A stretch of DNA of 64,000 nucleotides. Origin: Candidatus Caldarchaeales archaeon (lineage in GTDB: Archaea; Thermoproteota; Nitrososphaeria_A; Caldarchaeales; Wolframiiraptoraceae). The notes under the pieces are model-generated. The model did not search any database and was not told the origin of the DNA. It saw only the letters and a list, made by a program, of their open reading frames with translations. This document shows positions 61,147-64,000 of this stretch, piece by piece. Position 1 is the first letter of the stretch, and every line of letters starts with the position of its first letter. The stretch spans positions 75,410-139,409 of the forward strand of contig JBCNVN010000001.1 of the NCBI GenBank assembly GCA_039630055.1, given 5' to 3'. The position numbers and the translations under genes were made by a program.

Positions 61147-61156
61147 TTTATAAATA
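61147..61156 (+). promoter_or_regulatory. putative TATA box for rbkR
   Basis: 'TTTATAAATA' preceded by an A-rich BRE-like stretch. Centre is about 29 nt upstream of the rbkR ATG, consistent with a short-leader archaeal transcript. Confidence 0.4.
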
Positions 61157-61179
61157 ACTTTAAAGAATATAACACTGTA

Positions 61180-61896
61180 ATGAATCTATTAAATTTAAAG
61201 GAAAAGTTGTTAATATTTTTAGCACAGAGTGGAACATATACTAGAAGTCTAAGTATATCGACTTCAGCGATCGCCCAGAATCTAGGAACATCGCAACAAT
61301 CAGTCTCTAGAATACTTATACAACTAGAGCAAGAAGGATATATTGAGAAGGTAATAGTAGGAAAGACAACTCTGATAAGATTAACTGATAGGGGTCTTGA
61401 TGAATTAAGAAACCTATATATTGTATTGAAGAATATTCTTGAGAAGCCTATGGAGATAGTTTTAGAGGGAAGGGTCTTCTCAGGATTGGGAGAAGGATTC
61501 TACTACATGAGTCTACCACAATATTTTGAACAGATAAAAGAACGTGTAGGATTTACACCTTATCTTGGAACACTGAATATACAGCTACTATCTAAAGATT
61601 CGATAGAAAATCGAATGCTGCTTGAGAAGAATGCAGACATAATTATCGAAGGGTTCAGTAACGGTCAAAGAACTTATGGTGGAGCAAAATGTATAAAAGC
61701 ATTATTTAATGGAGAACAAGAAGCAGCATTAATATTTGCCGAGAGAACTCATTATGGGAGAGATGTCATAGAGGTTATTGCACCAGTATATCTCCGAGGG
61801 AAATATGGTTTAAGAGATGGTGATAAAGTATTCGTAAAAGTAATCCTGAAAACCTCTTCTCAGAATGATAAAGTGATCGCCGCCCAGGCAAAGTGA
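61180..61896 (+). CDS. rbkR: bifunctional wHTH regulator / CTP-dependent riboflavin kinase (RbkR type)
   Basis: 238 aa. N-terminal HTH 'AIAQNLGTSQQSVSRILIQLEQEGYIEK' plus archaeal RibK domain ('GRVFSGLGEGFYYMSLPQY...GTLNIQL'). Confidence 0.7.
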   Translation: MNLLNLKEKLLIFLAQSGTYTRSLSISTSAIAQNLGTSQQSVSRILIQLEQEGYIEKVIVGKTTLIRLTDRGLDELRNLYIVLKNILEKPMEIVLEGRVFSGLGEGFYYMSLPQYFEQIKERVGFTPYLGTLNIQLLSKDSIENRMLLEKNADIIIEGFSNGQRTYGGAKCIKALFNGEQEAALIFAERTHYGRDVIEVIAPVYLRGKYGLRDGDKVFVKVILKTSSQNDKVIAAQAK

Positions 61897-61899
61897 AGT

Positions 61900-62349
61900 C
61901 TAATCTCTCATCATCTTTTTCAACTTCTTTATTATATCACTCGTACTGTTTATGTCTCCAAACTTGTAACGTCTAGCCCTATATATTTTAATCTTTAAAT
62001 TCCTCTCTTTTAAGAACTCCTTAAAATTCTTCATCAAGTTTTCTTGATCGTATCCGAAGACAACGATGTCTGGCTTAACCTTCTTTATCACCTTCTCAAA
62101 TGAGAACTTCTTGTAGCCTACAATAACTTCATCTACAGGTTTAAGATTAGAGATTATAAAGGTTCTAGACTTTTCATCGAATAGTGGTTCCCTCTTCTTC
62201 CTTATCCTTATAGTCCTATCCGTAGCGAGGACAACTACCAGTTTAGAGTTCTTACCACCGATCTTCTTAGCCTCCCAAAGCATCTTGATATGTCCTGGAT
62301 GTATTATATCAAATGCTCCAGATGTTAATACTACTTTCCCTTTCCTCAT
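61900..62349 (-). CDS. ribL: FAD synthase (archaeal FMN adenylyltransferase RibL, cytidylyltransferase fold)
   Basis: 149 aa. 'VVLTSGAFDIIHPGHIKML' HxGH motif. Convergent with rbkR. Confidence 0.75.
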   Translation of the reverse strand: MRKGKVVLTSGAFDIIHPGHIKMLWEAKKIGGKNSKLVVVLATDRTIRIRKKREPLFDEKSRTFIISNLKPVDEVIVGYKKFSFEKVIKKVKPDIVVFGYDQENLMKNFKEFLKERNLKIKIYRARRYKFGDINSTSDIIKKLKKMMRD

Positions 62350-62379
62350 TCTCCAACCACCGTAACTATAAATCGAGAT

Positions 62380-63408
62380 TTAAGGCCATTCAAAATCTAT
62401 CTTTCCAATAATCCTTAGACAATCTAATAATCCTTCCGCATAAGCTATAGATCCTAAAGCATTATATATTTCTCCAGATGACCAGAATCTGCTAGCATCT
62501 TCAAGATAGCTTCTAGCCAGACCGATCACTCTCTTAACATCATCATTCACATCCTCAACTTTTAAACTTTCCAGTACTTGTCTAGTCTTTAAAATATATC
62601 TTAGTGTTCTATCCTTCTCAAATCTTGGAAGCTTATGTTGTTTTATTAATTCTTCTCTTACATTATATAATCTGATCAGTGCTTCGGCCTCCATGAAATG
62701 GAGCTCTCCTGGAAATACTAGCATATGAGGTGGAGGAGGATAATCTGTTTGGATTAGTTCTCTTATAGAGCCTGCTTTTACCATTTCTCCATCCATGCCG
62801 ATTCCTGCTAAAGCTACCGCTAAAGTATCTTCACGTACTACGCCTCTCCCCAAATCTTCCTCAGCATCAAGAAGTTTCTTAAGTGCCTCAATTATAGTTA
62901 GACCACCTTCTGATGTATCTAGGAGTACTAGAGTATGTAGACCTCTCTCAATATTATCTTGGATTATCCTATAAGCCTCTCTAGGATCACCTTCTCGAGA
63001 TAGAGTTGTAGTCTTCCCAAACCTATATGATTGGAGCCCAGTAATACTTGGAGCAGCAGAATGTGCAGAGACGCCATGCACTATCTTGAACTGTACACCT
63101 CTCTTAACAGCTTCTACAATTAGTGATATATGGGTTGTAGCGATTAGAGGGTCTCCTTGGACAAGTATCGCAACCTCTCTATCTCTCGCTCTCTCAACTA
63201 TCTCCTCCAGATTATCTTCAAGATCTCTCCTACTCGCTACTATCAACCTATCGCCTACTAATTTCTTTAATCGTTTCATCAACTCTCTCGAGATAAAGCC
63301 TGTATAGCTATCGAGATATACTTCATCGCATCTCTCTATTTCTTCAACAACAGCAAATGTAAGATATCTTACCGACCCTAATCCTAAACCAAGTAGATAG
63401 AGAGCCAT
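62380..63408 (-). CDS. dph5: diphthine synthase (tetrapyrrole-methylase fold) with C-terminal extension
   Basis: 342 aa. 'MALYLLGLGLG', 'VAILVQGDPLIATTH' class III MTase motifs. Confidence 0.7.
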   Translation of the reverse strand: MALYLLGLGLGSVRYLTFAVVEEIERCDEVYLDSYTGFISRELMKRLKKLVGDRLIVASRRDLEDNLEEIVERARDREVAILVQGDPLIATTHISLIVEAVKRGVQFKIVHGVSAHSAAPSITGLQSYRFGKTTTLSREGDPREAYRIIQDNIERGLHTLVLLDTSEGGLTIIEALKKLLDAEEDLGRGVVREDTLAVALAGIGMDGEMVKAGSIRELIQTDYPPPPHMLVFPGELHFMEAEALIRLYNVREELIKQHKLPRFEKDRTLRYILKTRQVLESLKVEDVNDDVKRVIGLARSYLEDASRFWSSGEIYNALGSIAYAEGLLDCLRIIGKIDFEWP

Positions 63409-63478
63409 CTCTATACCTTCCTATCTAAATCGTCAATAGTTTATAGATTTAAATTCTATATTAGAGAAATGTTCTCAT

Positions 63479-64000
63479 GTGAAAGGAGTTGTCTTTGCTG
63501 CGGGTCTAGGTAAGAGGCTTAAACCTCTAACTCTCTCTAGACCTAAGCATCTTCTACCTATCGCTGGTAAACCTATCTTGAAGAGGGTTCTTGAATCTCT
63601 ATTATCAAATAATATAAGAGAGATAGGTGTCGTAGTATCATATATGAAGGAGTTAATCATGAGCAATGTTTCGAGTTATAACCTGGATATTAAGATAGAT
63701 TGGATTATACAAGAAGAGCCGAGAGGAACTGGGCAAGCTCTACAAGTATGTGAAGAATACTTGAAAGATGAAGACTACTTCATAGTAACCTATGGAGATA
63801 TAACGTTGAACCATAAGGTAGTTAAAGAGATGTTGACCTTTTTTAGTAAGAATAAATGTGATGGAGTGGTTGAGGGTGTTCTGGTAGATGACACTTCGAG
63901 ATTTGGGAGAATAATCTCAAGGAATGGTTTATTGGAGATGATCGAGGAGAAGTCGAGTTCAGGTTCTGGAATGGTAAACTCTGGATTGTACATTCTTCCA
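63479..64000 (+). CDS. sugar-phosphate nucleotidyltransferase (NTP_transferase domain), 3'-truncated by the window edge
   Basis: GTG start. 'VKGVVFAAGLGKRLKPLTLSRPKHLLPIAGKPIL' G1P nucleotidyltransferase signature. Runs open to the window end, so it is absent from the ORF track. Confidence 0.55.
   Translation, partial: MKGVVFAAGLGKRLKPLTLSRPKHLLPIAGKPILKRVLESLLSNNIREIGVVVSYMKELIMSNVSSYNLDIKIDWIIQEEPRGTGQALQVCEEYLKDEDYFIVTYGDITLNHKVVKEMLTFFSKNKCDGVVEGVLVDDTSRFGRIISRNGLLEMIEEKSSSGSGMVNSGLYILP

Noticed and set aside
1-64000. CRISPR arrays, rRNA genes, transposases and integrases
   Set aside because: I scanned the intergenic regions and the ORF track. There are no regularly spaced direct repeats, no rRNA-like GC-rich stretches, and no transposase or integrase-like ORFs.

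Overview
This 64 kb window is an AT-rich archaeal chromosomal segment. Gene content points to a crenarchaeote (Thermoprotei-like): tRNA genes with introns and no encoded CCA, a CDC48/VCP ATPase, PriS with a GINS-like partner, the Spt5-L11-L1-L10-L12 cluster, aEF-1beta, FEN-1, RbkR-type riboflavin kinase, archaeal PEPC and bifunctional PGI/PMI. About 68 protein-coding genes and 5 tRNA genes are tiled densely on both strands. I could fold four of the tRNAs with canonical anticodon-loop introns: Thr-UGU, Thr-CGU, Pro-CGG and Ser-CGA. The fifth does not fold with a single canonical intron. I saw no CRISPR array, rRNA or obvious mobile element.

Most of the window is housekeeping:
- Replication and repair: priS, a gins-like gene, an adjacent herA-like/nurA-like pair, nfo, fen1.
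- Translation and transcription: secE, spt5, rpl11, rpl1, rplP0, rpl12, alaS, thrS, ef1b, NAC-alpha, an aIF2B-like gene, dph5, hflX.
- Cofactor metabolism: fused thiDN, thiL, two tandem tenA-like genes, nadM, rbkR, ribL.
- Oxidative stress: bcp and sod on divergent strands, a DUF255 thioredoxin-like protein, a VOC dioxygenase.
- Central metabolism: fumC/aspA, PEPC, PGI/PMI.

The most unusual locus is a three-gene insertion between rpl1 and rplP0 in the otherwise conserved ribosomal cluster. It comprises an HTH_10 regulator plus a heme-copper-oxidase subunit II-like and subunit I-like pair, and the metal-ligand residues of both oxidase-like proteins appear degenerate. Other points worth a second look:
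- P0 appears to lack its C-terminal acidic tail, at a point where rpl12-alaS is inverted relative to rplP0.
- secE appears interrupted by a single-base frameshift.
- herA-like and nurA-like genes sit together without mre11-rad50.
- A large wHTH plus ATP-cone protein of unknown function.
- A membrane-tethered wHTH regulator.
- Two exon-identical tRNA-Thr genes in inverted orientation.
- An 18-bp perfect palindrome in an intergenic region.

Every assignment is from reading the translated ORFs and DNA by eye; no database searches were run.
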